Of a DNA stretch of 64,000 bases, positions 13,101-24,478 are shown piece after piece. Both the position numbers and the translations under genes were made by a program. The notes under the pieces are model-generated. The model saw only the letters and a list, made by a program, of their open reading frames with translations, was not told the origin of the DNA and did no database searches. The stretch's first letter is position 1, and the number at the start of each line of letters is the position of its first letter. The DNA is from Caecitellus pseudoparvulus (taxonomy: Eukaryota; Protista; Bigyra: Bicosoecida): positions 79,793 to 143,792 of the forward strand of contig CBFFRQ010000091.1 of NCBI GenBank assembly GCA_965644315.1. The letters are read 5' to 3'.

Positions 13101-14138
13101 CGTGTGGCCACTGAGCTTGGTGTGTGCGGTGCATCGTGCATGTGCGGATGCATGGACTGTGCAGGCAAGCCACCGGCAAGTGGTTGCTGCCGTGGGCTGT
13201 AAGGGTGAGTAAGTGAAGCACTGCTGCGCTCACTGCTGGTGTCAGATGCCACAGTCGCCCTCATGGGCGAAGACGGTGCCTGTACAGTGCCACGCGGCCC
13301 GCTTACGGGGATGATTGGCAGCGAAGTCGAGGGCGTGGAGTCCGCTTCCATGGGCGGTGGTGGTGGCTGCGGCGGCGAAGGAACGCCAAGAGAAACTGAG
13401 CCCACCACGAATGGTGGTGCCAGAGGCGTTGTCTGTGCAACGTCGGCACTTTGGCGCAGCAGGTGCCCTTCCTGCTGCGCCTGGGCCAGCTGCACTTCCA
13501 GCATGCGCACACGGGCCTGGTGCTGCAACAGGCCCACGTCGGGAAGGGCCTCCGCTGAAAAAGGCACACCAGGAGCAGCTCCCACATGCTGCACAGGCGA
13601 GGAGGGTGCTGATGGCTGCAGAGCTGCAGAGACGAGGGATCGTGTCAAGCTCTCGTCTGAGCTATCGGACGAACTGCCTTCGCTTGAAGTGCTGCTGGTC
13701 CTGGGTCTAGGGAGAGGGGGCTGGTCGGATCTGCTCACAGCAACTTGAAGAGGCCCTGCTGCATGCCAGCGCTGTGACACTACCTTCAAGGCAGTTGCCA
13801 CGCTGCTCCGTGCTGCGCTGCGGGAGGATGGCCTCGAAGCATGGCTTGCACCACTGTCCATGCTGCTCATTCCGGGGCTCGTTCTTCGCTGAGAAGGAAG
13901 GAGAACGAAAGGTGGTTGAAGAACCAAGTAAGTGCTGCATATCCGATACGTAAATCCACAAGGATTATGCCAAGAAGTGCCCTAGTAGTCGGCGCTGCGA
14001 GGGTGCGGAAATAACGCAGCCGTTGCATTCACTCACCTGTTGCTGAGATGCCCTCCGCGAAGCTTCTAGCGCCATGAGGCGCTTGGCCTTTTCTCGTAGC
14101 ATAGCAGAGGTGGCCAAAACTGTACTGGGTGTATCCAT
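4172..14138 (-). CDS. Giant (~3200 aa) low-complexity/coiled-coil protein with SAM-like repeats and a Gly/Met-rich repeat; apparent frameshifts in C homopolymers
   Basis: Overlapping minus ORFs 11258..13927, 10884..11396, 10132..11022, 8135..10270, 7956..8174, 7417..8214 and 4172..8005 carry the same repeat translations and switch frame in poly-C runs. Coiled coil at about 8700-9270. Probable exon 1 is 14037..14138 (MDTPSTVLATSAMLREK...) with intron 13889..14036. Confidence 0.6.
6380..8431. repeat. 60-bp tandem repeat (~34 units), coding GGVGMMPPGVSGGGMAGSSV on the minus strand
   Basis: Unit gacacaccaggcggcatcatgcccacgccccccacactggaccccgccatgcccccgccc repeats line after line, with point variants and a few partial units. 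Confidence 0.97.
9659..12490. repeat. ~374-378-bp tandem repeat (~7.5 units, 8 copies of the core), coding
   Basis: cagcccgctgcagcgccg recurs at about 9661, 10039, 10413, 10791, 11165, 11542, 11916 and 12295. Units are nearly identical and encode VSPEVLSWLSDEGLPHM...DVAALQRAV. Confidence 0.97.
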
Positions 14139-14355
14139 GCTTGCAAAGAGCCTTGGTCACGTGCAGGGTGCCTTGGACTCCTGCTCAAGTCTTGGCAGGC
14201 AAACGAAGCTGGCCTCGGCGACGCATGTGCTGGAGTTGGCCAGCTCCAGGCAGAGATGCAGCATTCAAGCGGGCTCCAGGCCTGCAGACTCTTAGTGCAT
14301 TGGAGACGCTGCATCTCGAATGTATCACCCTCCATGTCCTGCACGTAGGAGCCGG

Positions 14356-17300
14356 CTACTTTGAGCTGCTCGCCGGCGCCGCAGCAGACGACACAAACTC
14401 CAGCATGCTGCGCTGAGATGCACTCCCTCCCTGAGAGACACCGCCCTTCTTGGCTCGCTTTGCCTCGCTTGCTTGTTCGCCCGTGTCCCTAGGTCGCTTG
14501 CCTGCCTTGCTGGGGGGGGCAGTCTTGCCGACGTCGGCCAAGCCGGTCAAGGCCGCACCCGAATCAGGGGTCGCTGGCGGCGTGCTTGCCTTCTTGGCGT
14601 TGGCAGCAGCTGCTTGCTTGGCGCGACTGGCGGCAGCCTTGTCAACAGCACCCTGTGGGTCCTGCCCCTTCGATATGGCCTTGAACACCGCGCCATACAT
14701 GAACTGCGGGGCCAGTCCCATCCACTCCAAGCCTGGGCGCAGGCGCCACTGCCCCTCAGCATTCCGGTGCGCGATGGTGTTCAGCACGCTGGACACTGCA
14801 GGGGCAGCAATGGGCCGATCTCCATTCTTTTTTACCATGGCAGGGCGGTCCAGGATGGCCAGGAGCTCCTTGACTGCGTCTGCCTCTTGTTCAGATTGCA
14901 GTCGGTGCACGGCGTGTGCGGCTGCCATAACAACTCTGTACCCGAGGAGGTCTTCCTTGAGTGGCCCGCTCAGCAGGCCAGCCAGGTCTTTTCCGTGTTT
15001 CAGAGCATCGGCAGCAGCTGCTTCGGCCTTTTTGGCAGCCACCTCTTTCCGCCTGGCAGCCTTCAGCCGCTCCATTGCGGCCCATGCAAGTGCGTCCACT
15101 GCTGCGGCTTCGGCGGCATCGGCAGCCCCGCCTTCATCCAGCACTGATTGCACCGCCTCTTCGATCTTGTCATCTTCCGCCTTGAGAGCCGCCAAGTGTC
15201 CCGGCATGGCCTTGTCCAGGCGACGCAGCAGGCTGTCACACCGTGTCCGGAGCTGTGCCAGGGTTCGCGAGCGGAAGAAATGGTCGAACCTCCAGCGAGC
15301 TGAGGCGAGGATTGCGCGCCGCATGGCCCTCCACTGGCCATGCCCCACACAAGCGAGGGTGCACAAGAGGAAAGTATCATGCTCTCGGGTGTATGCATCA
15401 CCCGGGCGACCGACAGAGCGCAGCGGCAGGTGGTCCCACGGACTGCCACATCCCCCCGCGAACACCCCGCCAACGCTCCCAACCCGTGGCTTTTGGAGGG
15501 ACTGCATGAGGGAAGGGGGCATAGAGGGGGTATCACCACGAGCATTCTGGTACTGTGCCACGATGGCGGCTGCGGGAGAGGGGGACGTGAGCTGATGCAG
15601 CGGCACTTTGCCAGCCTCTATCAACGCCACATCAGGCAGGGGCGGGCGACAGCGCGCGACAGCGGCCGTCAGCATGCGTTTCCAGGTCACCAAGTCGCGC
15701 AGCTTGCTCTCCGCCCTCGTGATGGTGCGCAAGATGCGAGGACCTTCTGGCAGTTCGTGCACTTTCCCGTCTTCGTAGCTGCCGTGCAGTTTGGGAGCTT
15801 CGGACGTTGAGGGCGGGGCCAGGCCGCCCAGGCCAGCTGCCTCCGTGCGCGCAGCGCCAGGAGGGCCCGCCGCAGCCTCTGCAGGATGCACCTGCATGCG
15901 TGCCACCGTGTTCTTGCCGAACCACAGCACATTGTAGTAGCGCTGCACTTCTTCGGGCGTGCGGCCAGGTACTGCGCTGCAGATGTCATCAATGGCCTCA
16001 CGGCCAAACCGCTTGCATGCTTCGAGAATGGCACCCAGATCGCTGCGCTTCCAGTCAGGGAAACCCTGTTGAAGTATGGAGTCGCGCTGCTCTGCCAGGT
16101 CAGGGTGGGCAGCAGCAAACGGGGTGTAGGTGGGCGGCTGCAGGGAAGTGGGCTCAGCCCCTGCAGCTTTCACTGCCTCCTTGTGCTGGGCCAAGGCCTC
16201 CACGTACGCTTCCACGTGATCTGCTTCTGCCTGCGCGATGCTCATAGCTGCGGCCTTGTCAATGAACTGCCAAGGGTGCAGGTGGGGAAGCCAGGGCTCC
16301 TCACCAGTGTTTCCTGCGGCATGTAGCTTCTTAAGAGTGCCCCGCATGCGAGTGACCGGGTCACTGGAGCTGTTCATGCTCGCCTGTGTCGTCTTCTTGA
16401 AGTACGCAGCTTCGTTGTAGGTGCCCACGCGCGTGCGGCGCTCGTTGCGGGCCACCTCCTCCTCCGCCGCCGCAAGAGCCGCAATGTCGGCCAAGGCATC
16501 CCGGTCAGCTCTGCTGCGGGCCACCTCTGCCTTGTAGTCCACGCCCTCAAACACAGAGGAGGTGACGGCCGAGTCCAGCTTGAAGTCGAGGAGAGAAGCA
16601 CTCCCCTCCTGACCCGCCTTGGCCCCACCGACGGCCTCTGCCTTGGCACTCAGGGCCCGCGTCCGCTCCTGCCCCTGTGCCAGGAGCCTGTCCATGTCCT
16701 CATCCGACACCTGCCCGTCCTTGGACGCCTCCGCCCTGAAGATGTTATCGGCTCCGTACTGGATCATGGCCACCATTTCGCCCTTGGACAGGCGGTTGCC
16801 CTTGTCTGCCAGGCGGCCCTGCTGCACCACAACGGCATCCAGCTTCAACTTGATCATGGCGCGCTCCACGATCTTCTCCTCCACGCTGTCTGAGGAAATG
16901 AGGCGGTACACCTTCACAGGCTTAGTCTGCCCGATGCGGTGGGCGCGATCCTGCGCCTGCAAGTCCACCTGCGGGTTCCAGTCGCTATCGTACAGCACGA
17001 CGATGTCAGCGGTAGCCAGGTTGATGCCCAGCCCCCCGGCCCGCGTGGACAGCAGGAAGATGAACTTGTCGCTGCCAGGGGCGTTGAACGCGTCAATTCC
17101 CTCCTCCCGATCTTCGTAGGAGGTGTTGCCATCAATGCGGCAGTACCGATATGCTCGCAGGGCACAGTAGTCCTCTAGGATGTCCAGCATGCTGGTCATC
17201 TGCGAGAAGATCAGCACACGGCTGCCTGCTGCTCGCAAGCGCTGCAGGAGCTTGTCCAGCACTGCCAGCTTTGTGCAGTGGCGCACCAGGTGCTCGCCGA

Positions 17301-19209
17301 TGGGTGGCAGGGAGCGGTCCTCCACGCCTTCGAATAGGTAGGGGTGGTTGCAGCACTTGCGCAGTTGCATGACAATGTTGAGGAGGCGTTTTCCGGAGGC
17401 TGGCGGTGCGTCGGCCCCCCCACCCGCCGTCAGCACCGCGTCGAAGTCACGCTTGAGAACGCTGCGGTAGATGTCCCGCTGCATGGCAGACATGCCGACG
17501 TACAGGAACGTCTCCGTTTTGGGGGGCAGGGACTTGGCCACGTCGGCTTTCAGGCGGCGCAGCATGAAGGGCTTCAGCACCGCGTGCAGCTGCCGGATCA
17601 TCTTGCCCTTGGCGGTGTCGTCGCTGGTGGAGACCGTCACGTCGAACCAAGCATCAAAGGCTTCGCTGTCTCCAAACACATCTGGCAGCAGCAAGTTCAG
17701 CAGCGCCCACAGCTCGTGCAGGTTGTTCTGCAGGGGGGTGCCAGTCAGCAGCAGGCGGTGAGCCACCACCAGCATGCGCACGGTGGTTGCCAAGGCCGAC
17801 TTCTCATTCTTGCACCGGTGGGCTTCGTCGATAATGAGCATCTGCCAGGGCCACTTGGTGAGCGTGGCCCGCTCAATGTTCGCCACTTCGAAAGTCGTCA
17901 CGACGACATCCCAGGTGCGCTCGCTCTCCCGCTGCCCAGGCCGCAAGATCGTCTCACATACCTCCTTGCGGGTGGCCTTGTCCCCGTGGAACTGCATAGC
18001 ACGCAGGGAAGGGCACCACCGCCCCAGCTCTGCCATCCAGTTGGACAGCGTGCTCTTGGGCACGAGGATGAGGTGTGGGCCGCGGATGTGGCGGTACTGC
18101 AGCATGTAGCCCAGCACGCTAATACTCTGCAGCGTCTTGCCCAGCCCCATCTCATCAGCCAGGATGCCGTTCAGGCCGTTCTCCTGCAGGTTGATCATCC
18201 AGTTCAGGCCCTCCAGCTGGTATGGTCGCATGGTGCCGAATTCGATGACGCTGGGCTGACGCGTGAGGCGCATTCGACTAGCACCAGGGGACAGCATGCC
18301 GGATGCAGTCGCTGCCTTTGCGGGAGGCGGTGTGGACGGCGTGGCGGCCGCCTCTGTGCCGCTGCCACTCTCCTCCCCAGCCTCCACCTCCCCCTCCAAG
18401 TCCTCTTCTTGCCGCACACGGCGCCGCCGAGGCGTGCCCGCACTCTCTGGCTTGGTGTCCACCCCATCCACACTTGCTGCTGGCATTTCCGTGCCCTGCG
18501 ATCGCAGGAAATCCTTAAACAAGGCAGATTGCTCCACCAGGAAGTGGAGTCGCCGTTGCTGGGCCGCACGCTGCGCCACCCGCATGCTCTCCAGCTGCTC
18601 CTCCAAGACACTTTCACGTGCCTCTCGCTCAGCCCGCTGCTGTGCCCTTGCAGCGATGCGGGCTGCAGCTCGAGCTTTGGCGTCGTCATCCAGCTCCCGC
18701 TCTGCCCTGGCATCTGCACGGGCTTCTCTCTCCTGTCCAGCGCGGGCGGCAGCGGGAGTTAAAGAAGCCTGCAAGCACACCCCGCCAGTAAACATGATGC
18801 ATCACTCACTTCAGCTCTTCGCGACTGCTGCTGTGCGGCTTCTGCGCGGGCCCCTCGTGCTCCGCGTGAAGTGGGCATGGCATATTCCGCAGCTTGACGG
18901 TCAGCCAGTTCCTCTGCTGCTTTCATGTCTAGCTCCAGCTGGTACGCGTCCCAAGCAGCTTTATCTTCAGCAGCCTGGGCCTTAAAGGGCTCCTTGGCTT
19001 TGCTGTCGAGGTCGCGCCACTGGTCAGGAGGAGAAAAAGCACTTGGTTGTGAGTGTTGGAGGGAGGACGCCAGGCCGAGGCTGCCTCACCTCTGCCGCAG
19101 CTGCCCGTGTCACTTCGCCCACAGCCAAGCCGCTTTCGTCTTTCCTGCTGAAGTCTGATAAGAACAGTGTCCATGCACTGCGCGGCTTGGGAGGAGGGCT
19201 AGACGCCAT
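14356..19209 (-). CDS. ISWI: ISWI/SNF2H-family chromatin remodeller with N-terminal HMG box (exons 19090..19209, 18810..19019, 14356..18768)
   Basis: SNF2 motifs GILADEMGLGKT, IIDEAH, LLTGTPLQNN, QLRKCCNHPYLF, LSTRAGGLGINL, SDWNPQVDLQAQDRAHRIGQ; SANT (GFPDWKRSD...FGR) and SLIDE (YTREHDTFLL...RFDHFFRSRT). Two phase-0 GT-AG introns (19020..19089, 18769..18809) join an HMG box in frame. Confidence 0.92.
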
Positions 19210-19644
19210 TGTGCCTGCTCCCGTCGCCTGGCAAGCTTCGTGCGTGCGGGATTTGAACGGTTGCGCAGGTGCAGGGCACACGAGCCGGGGACGCTGCACA
19301 TGCAGCGGAAAGGCAGTGGCGTAATGCCAGGCGAGACTGAGTCTTCATGGGAACAGAAGGTTTGTTGCCAACTTTTTTTTGTGTCTGTGGGACTTGCATG
19401 TCTCGCCAGGGTTGCTTAGCGGCCCTGTCCACTTGCGGCGCCTGAGCACCTGCGCAGTGCATAGTCCCACGACCGAGTGTCGGACCAAACAAATCAAAGG
19501 CCTAAATGGAACCCACGGTGTGTGTGGCTTTAGCCAAGCCCTGCGACGAGGTTGGGCCTGGCGTTGAGCTCGTTGCTCGCTGGAGCACCGCTGCACCAGC
19601 GAAACGCAAGTGTCACAAACACTGCACTGCACACGAACATAGCC

Positions 19645-22293
19645 ATGGCTGAGAGAGTTCCAGGCGATGTGTGGCAGGAACATGGGGCCTCCTTTTCTCC
19701 TACTGTCCACGTCCCAAGCACAGCAGGGCTGAACTTGAAGCCTGTGCCTGACGCTCTGACGGACCTGACGCCGTTTGGGACGCCAAGCAGACCAAGCTCT
19801 GGACACGACCGCCACGTGCGCTTCCAAGAGGAAGCAGGCAAAACAGGTGCTGATTGCACAACGCCGTTGTCTAAGGAAGACGAGACGTTGCTAGTTGCAG
19901 CTCGCGACAGGCTGCTGGACCGCCTGTGCTCGTGAGTATGCCTGCTGGCGTGCCAACGGCAGCTCGCCCACCGTCTCCCTCCTACTCCGACCGCTCAGAG
20001 TACACACCGAGTCTGAAAACAAAAAGACCATCGAAGCCATTTGTAAGCAGCTGAGAGAGGACATTCGCAGGTACGCTAAGCTCGGCTCAGGCTGGCGTTG
20101 TCATCCCCCCATGAGACTGCGGCTCGCTTGTGCAGAATCGATGTGCTGCTTAGCTCTGGCAAGTCTGCAAGCAGAGTCCCCAGCAAGGAAGAAGAGGGGC
20201 CCCACCCTTCTCTTGATGCAACACCCCCCACTGCCGTCCCCTCGGTGCTTGCGTCCTCAGCGGGCGATCCTGGTACTGGCACGAGCGCAGCCAGCGCACC
20301 CCGCCAGCAGCGCAGCACGCCGTTGGCGCAGCCAGAATCACCACGCCAGGAAAGGACGCCTCAGTGCACCCATGAGACCCGCACCCCCTCTCTTGATGCA
20401 TCGCTGCCCCCCAGCCGTTTGCTCCGCAAGATTATGGGAGGCAGCACTGCTGTGCCTCGCTGCCTGGCCGCTGACCCGCCTCAAACCACCCCCACCGCGA
20501 TGCCCGACGAAGCACCCTCCAGCACGGAAGCTCCAGTGGAATCTCCTGTGCTTTCTGATGTGTCCTCAGCGAGCCTGCACTCACCAGCTGAGGTGTCTGC
20601 GCTGCACACGGCTAGGTCGGGCAGAGTCAGCCCCGTTGCAAGCCCGCTGCAGCCCACACAACGCGAGGGGCCTCCAAGCCCAGCCCTGCAGCCAGTGCCG
20701 AGCCCGCACCCCAGCTCCACGTTGGCCGAAGCACACGAAGAAGCCCTTCCCGCCCATGAAGAGCACGCCCAGTCTCGAGATAGCGATGCGGAGTCAGCTG
20801 GGCCTCTTGAGCTCTTAGGTGGACTGCCTGCCACGCCTCCCAACCCACACCGACACCGCAGCATGGGCGCCGCCGTGTCGCTGTCTGACTCCTTCCCCCT
20901 CGGCATGGGCGCTGCTGCAGCGGATTCCACGCCGCCAGGCGCCACCCGCTGGTCTTGGGATGGAGGCTGTGGGGCGTCACCATGTCCCGCAGCGCCTGAA
21001 GGCCTCAATGCCTCAGTGGGGCGCCGGCTGCAGCTGTCTCCGCCAGCCGCTGCGGCGTCACCTGCTACTGCTGCTGAGCTGGCACGCTTGCTGCAAGCCA
21101 CCCCACGGCTCAGTGCCAGCAAATCCGCGTTGGATGCTACCTCGGAGTTGCAGGGACACAGTTGCCTTCTGCCTGTACCGGATGCGTGCAGTCGGCCACA
21201 GAACCCTGTCAGCGCAGTTCTGATGCGGCAGCGGCCGACCCACCTTGAACGCAGCAGCGTGGATAGCCCGACGTTCTTGCTTGCTGGGGCGCGGGCTGCA
21301 CAGGCCAGGCCACAGGCGGCGCGCCCCAGTGCACTTGGTGACACGGCGCGCCCCCTCCCGGAGGTGTGTCTGTCCCCAGTGCTCCCCCACCCCGACTCGC
21401 CTCGGCAGGGACACCCCGATACAGCTCCAAGTAGTCCAGCCACGTCTCGCCTGCCTCTGAAGCGCAAACTATTCAGCCCGGCCCCCACCAGCGTGAGGTC
21501 CAGGCAACGTGCGACGTCCCCCAGCACCCCGCCATCCAGACTCCCAACCCTTGCGCCAGGGAAAGCAGAGTTCATGTCTCCTGGACCGGGTGGTGGTGGT
21601 GTTGGTCGTGGAAGAGGTGCGTCAGGGAAGGCAGAGTTCATGTCGCCTGGACCGGGTGGTGGTGGTGTTGGTCGTGGAAGAGGTGCGTCAGGGAAGGCAG
21701 AGTTCATGTCGCCTGGACCGAGTTCGCGCCACACTATGCCTGGCAGCAGCACTCATCAAGCCCAGCCACACCCTGCAGCAACGTCGCGCGCCAAACAGCC
21801 AGTGCGGGGGTCTTCCTACGGAAAGCAAGCCCTAGCCATTTCTGTGAACCTGCTGCGCTCTCCGCCTGTTCGCAGCCGGTCAGTGCAGCGTCGCCGTGGA
21901 AAGCCAGCAGGCAAGGCAAAGGGCAAGGGGCGCGCAAGCTCGTTGGGGCGCAAGGGAAGTGCATCTGCGTCTGTGTCGCTGTCAGAGTGGCAGGCTCGCC
22001 CGGGTGGCATCGCTTTGGCCTTCTCTGGCGGCAGCAGGTCTGCACCCGGGTCAGCCAGCAAGCCCAAGGGCCGAAGAGATGCCGCCCCTCCACGGGCACC
22101 AGCGACCACTGGGCCCAGTCGGCGAACCACCCGTCACCGAAGCACGGCGACAGTACCAGCACCACCCCTCCCACCTCCAGCGTCCTCCCAGGCCATTTTG
22201 CAGGCGCTGTTGAGGTCGCCCGTACTGGGTGGAGCAGGAGTCCCAGCTCAGATGAGGGGCCACAGCAGTGCTACTACTGCCCGTGGAAAATAA
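19645..22293 (+). CDS. Hypothetical Ser/Pro-rich, basic disordered protein (multi-exon)
   Basis: Long ORF 20098..22293 plus upstream exons from ATG 19645 (MAERVPGDVW...RDRLLDRLC) linked by gtgagt..cag and gtacgc..cag introns. Many SP/TP sites, no recognised domain. Confidence 0.55.
21558..21720 (+). repeat. 66-bp coding tandem repeat (~2.5 copies), GKAEFMSPGPGGGGVGRGRGAS
   Basis: Directly visible duplication in both DNA and translation. Confidence 0.9.
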
Positions 22294-22468
22294 GGGTCAC
22301 CCAAAATCCATTTCATCCCCTGTGCCGGTCGCCTCTCAGCTGTCTCCTGTTCAGGTTCGCAAACTTGCCGCAGCTGGCAAGCCATCAACACACCAGCGAG
22401 CTCCCCACCAGCCCAGCGCGGTTTCACACCGCTTCATCGAAGCACAGCCTTGAACCCATTGTTCCAGG

Positions 22469-24261
22469 ATGGCTTTGAACATCGACGGGTCTGATGACCC
22501 CTCATACCGTGCGTAGTGAAGGCAGGCGGACGGCGGGACAGGCAGAGCATGAACCTGGTGCGAGCTCTCTTCGCAGGCTACAAGATGCCGCGCCTGGCCT
22601 CAAAGACCGAGGGCCGCGGCAACGGAATCAAGACGAACGTCTTGAACGTCACAGACTTGGCAGGTGCGAGGCGCCCGCGTTTGCCTGCCCATGCACGAGA
22701 GGACTGACACGGCCTTTGAGGCGGCAGGGAAAGCCTAGCGCGGCACGTTTGCCCTTGCTCCTCCTCGCAGTTGCCCTCTCCCGCCCAGCAAATGTGATCA
22801 TCAAGGTGCGTTGTACTGTTCCACTACCAGGGTCCTCCCACAGCGCACGCGCGTTCCGATTTGTTGGCGTTGTTGCCTGTTCGCTTGGCGTGAGCGGAAA
22901 TTGGCCTGCAGCACCAGATTCGGTCAGCGCCCGTGCCACTGTCACCCGCCGACACTGCACGCACCCCTTCCCCCGACACGCAGTTTTTCGGCATTGAACT
23001 GGGTGCCCAGTCCAAATTCGATGTGGAGGTGCGTGTGTCAGCTCTCTACCTCTCCGCACCTGATTGTGCAGGTGTGCAGGGTGGCGTTGCGCGCTGTTTC
23101 TTGCCAGGGGCCACACGCCCTCACTGTGCAGTGGGCGGCCCGTGGGCTGCACCGCTATGAAAACTATCCAAGGCATACCTTCATCCTTGCTTCTGCATCC
23201 CATCCCTGCCACAGAACACCAAGGGCACCGTGAACGGCGCCCATCAGACAGGGGACTTGCAAACCTTGACCCACACTTTCATCCAGAAGTTTGTGCTGTG
23301 CCCCGAGTGCAACCTGCCTGAGACGCAGCTGACTGTGAAGAAGTCAGGGCAGGTGTGGCACAAGTGCTCCGCTTGTGGCTTCAAGGGCCCCGTGGTGGAC
23401 CTGGCGCATCGCCTGAACACTTTCATCGTGAAGGAGGCTGAGGCCAGCGCCAAGTCCAAGAAGGCTGACAAGAAGGACAAGAAGGACAAGAAGGAGAAGA
23501 AGGAGAAGAAGGAGAAGAAGGAAAAGAAGGAGAAGAAAGAAAAGAAGGAAAAGAAAGAGAAGAAGGCCAAGAAGGCTGCCGCTGCTGCCGCGGGTGGTGC
23601 TGCAGCAGAGGTATCTGAGCTGGCTGACTCGGAGGGTGACGGTGAGGGCGCAGACAGCAGCGACGAGGACATCGTGGCCACTGCCGACGCGATGGTGGTG
23701 GACAACCTGGCCGCCATCGAGAGTGCTGCGGAGCAGGTGAAGAAGTACGTGGCAGAGTCCACGACCCCCCTGTCCTCCGGCGACATCGTGTCCAAGGTCA
23801 TGGAGGTGTCCACGAACGCCGCCCTGCCAGCGGCAGAGCGCGTGGCAGTGTACGCCACGGCAGTCTTTTCTGACAAGGTCCTGACGGAGAGTGCCGACGC
23901 AGACATTGGCGCCACCATGGTGGCTGTCATGGAGTCCTGCGGGTCAGCCAAGCTGTTTGCGCTTCAGCAGCACACGTTGCTGGTGCTGCTGGAGCGCACG
24001 CTGGCGGGCGAGGCGGCCACCAAGCCCTGGCTTCTGGCTGCCACACCCCTGGTGTTGCTGAACCTGTACAAGGCCGGTGCCCTGTGGGAGGACGCAGTCG
24101 TGGCGTGGGGCGCCGCTGATGGGTGTGATGTGCACAAGGCGGCAGTGGCTGCCGCCGAGCCCATGCTGGCGTGGCTGCGCACTGCTGAGGTGGAGGAGGA
24201 GGTGAAGGCAGAGGGCCCCGTGGAGGTGGCTCCTCCAGCAGTGCCCGAGGCGACTGCCTGA
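22469..24261 (+). CDS. EIF5: Eukaryotic translation initiation factor 5 (5 exons)
   Basis: Spliced MALNIDGSDDPSY|RYKMPRL...EGRGNGIKT, ALSRPA, FFGIELGAQS, VNGAH, FIQKFVLCPECNLPET...CSACG zinc ribbon, Lys/Glu linker, degenerate W2-like C-terminus (LYKAGALWEDAVVAW). Confidence 0.93.
23461..23572 (+). repeat. 9-bp coding microsatellite-like (AAGGAGAAG/AAGGACAAG)n encoding KDK/KEK
   Basis: Visible purine-rich run; translation KKDKKDKKEKKEKKEKK. Confidence 0.9.
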
Positions 24262-24478
24262 GGCAGCTGACGGCTCCGGGGTGGCTTGTTTGGTGGCGGC
24301 CTGGCGTGCCCTGCACTGGGCCAGCGCGTGGCACATTTCGAAACGGCCTCCACGACGACGGGGGTCAGAAGCCAAGCATGGACGCCCACTACTTTCTGGA
24401 AATGCACGCACCCTTGCTCCTCACGCCTGCGCACTGAGGCTGGAGGGCGTGTCAATTGGGAGTGGCACCAGCGGTGGC

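Noticed and set aside
23244-23951. Phe/Ser-rich minus ORF as a membrane protein
   Set aside because: Antisense shadow of the eIF5 Lys/Glu repeat.
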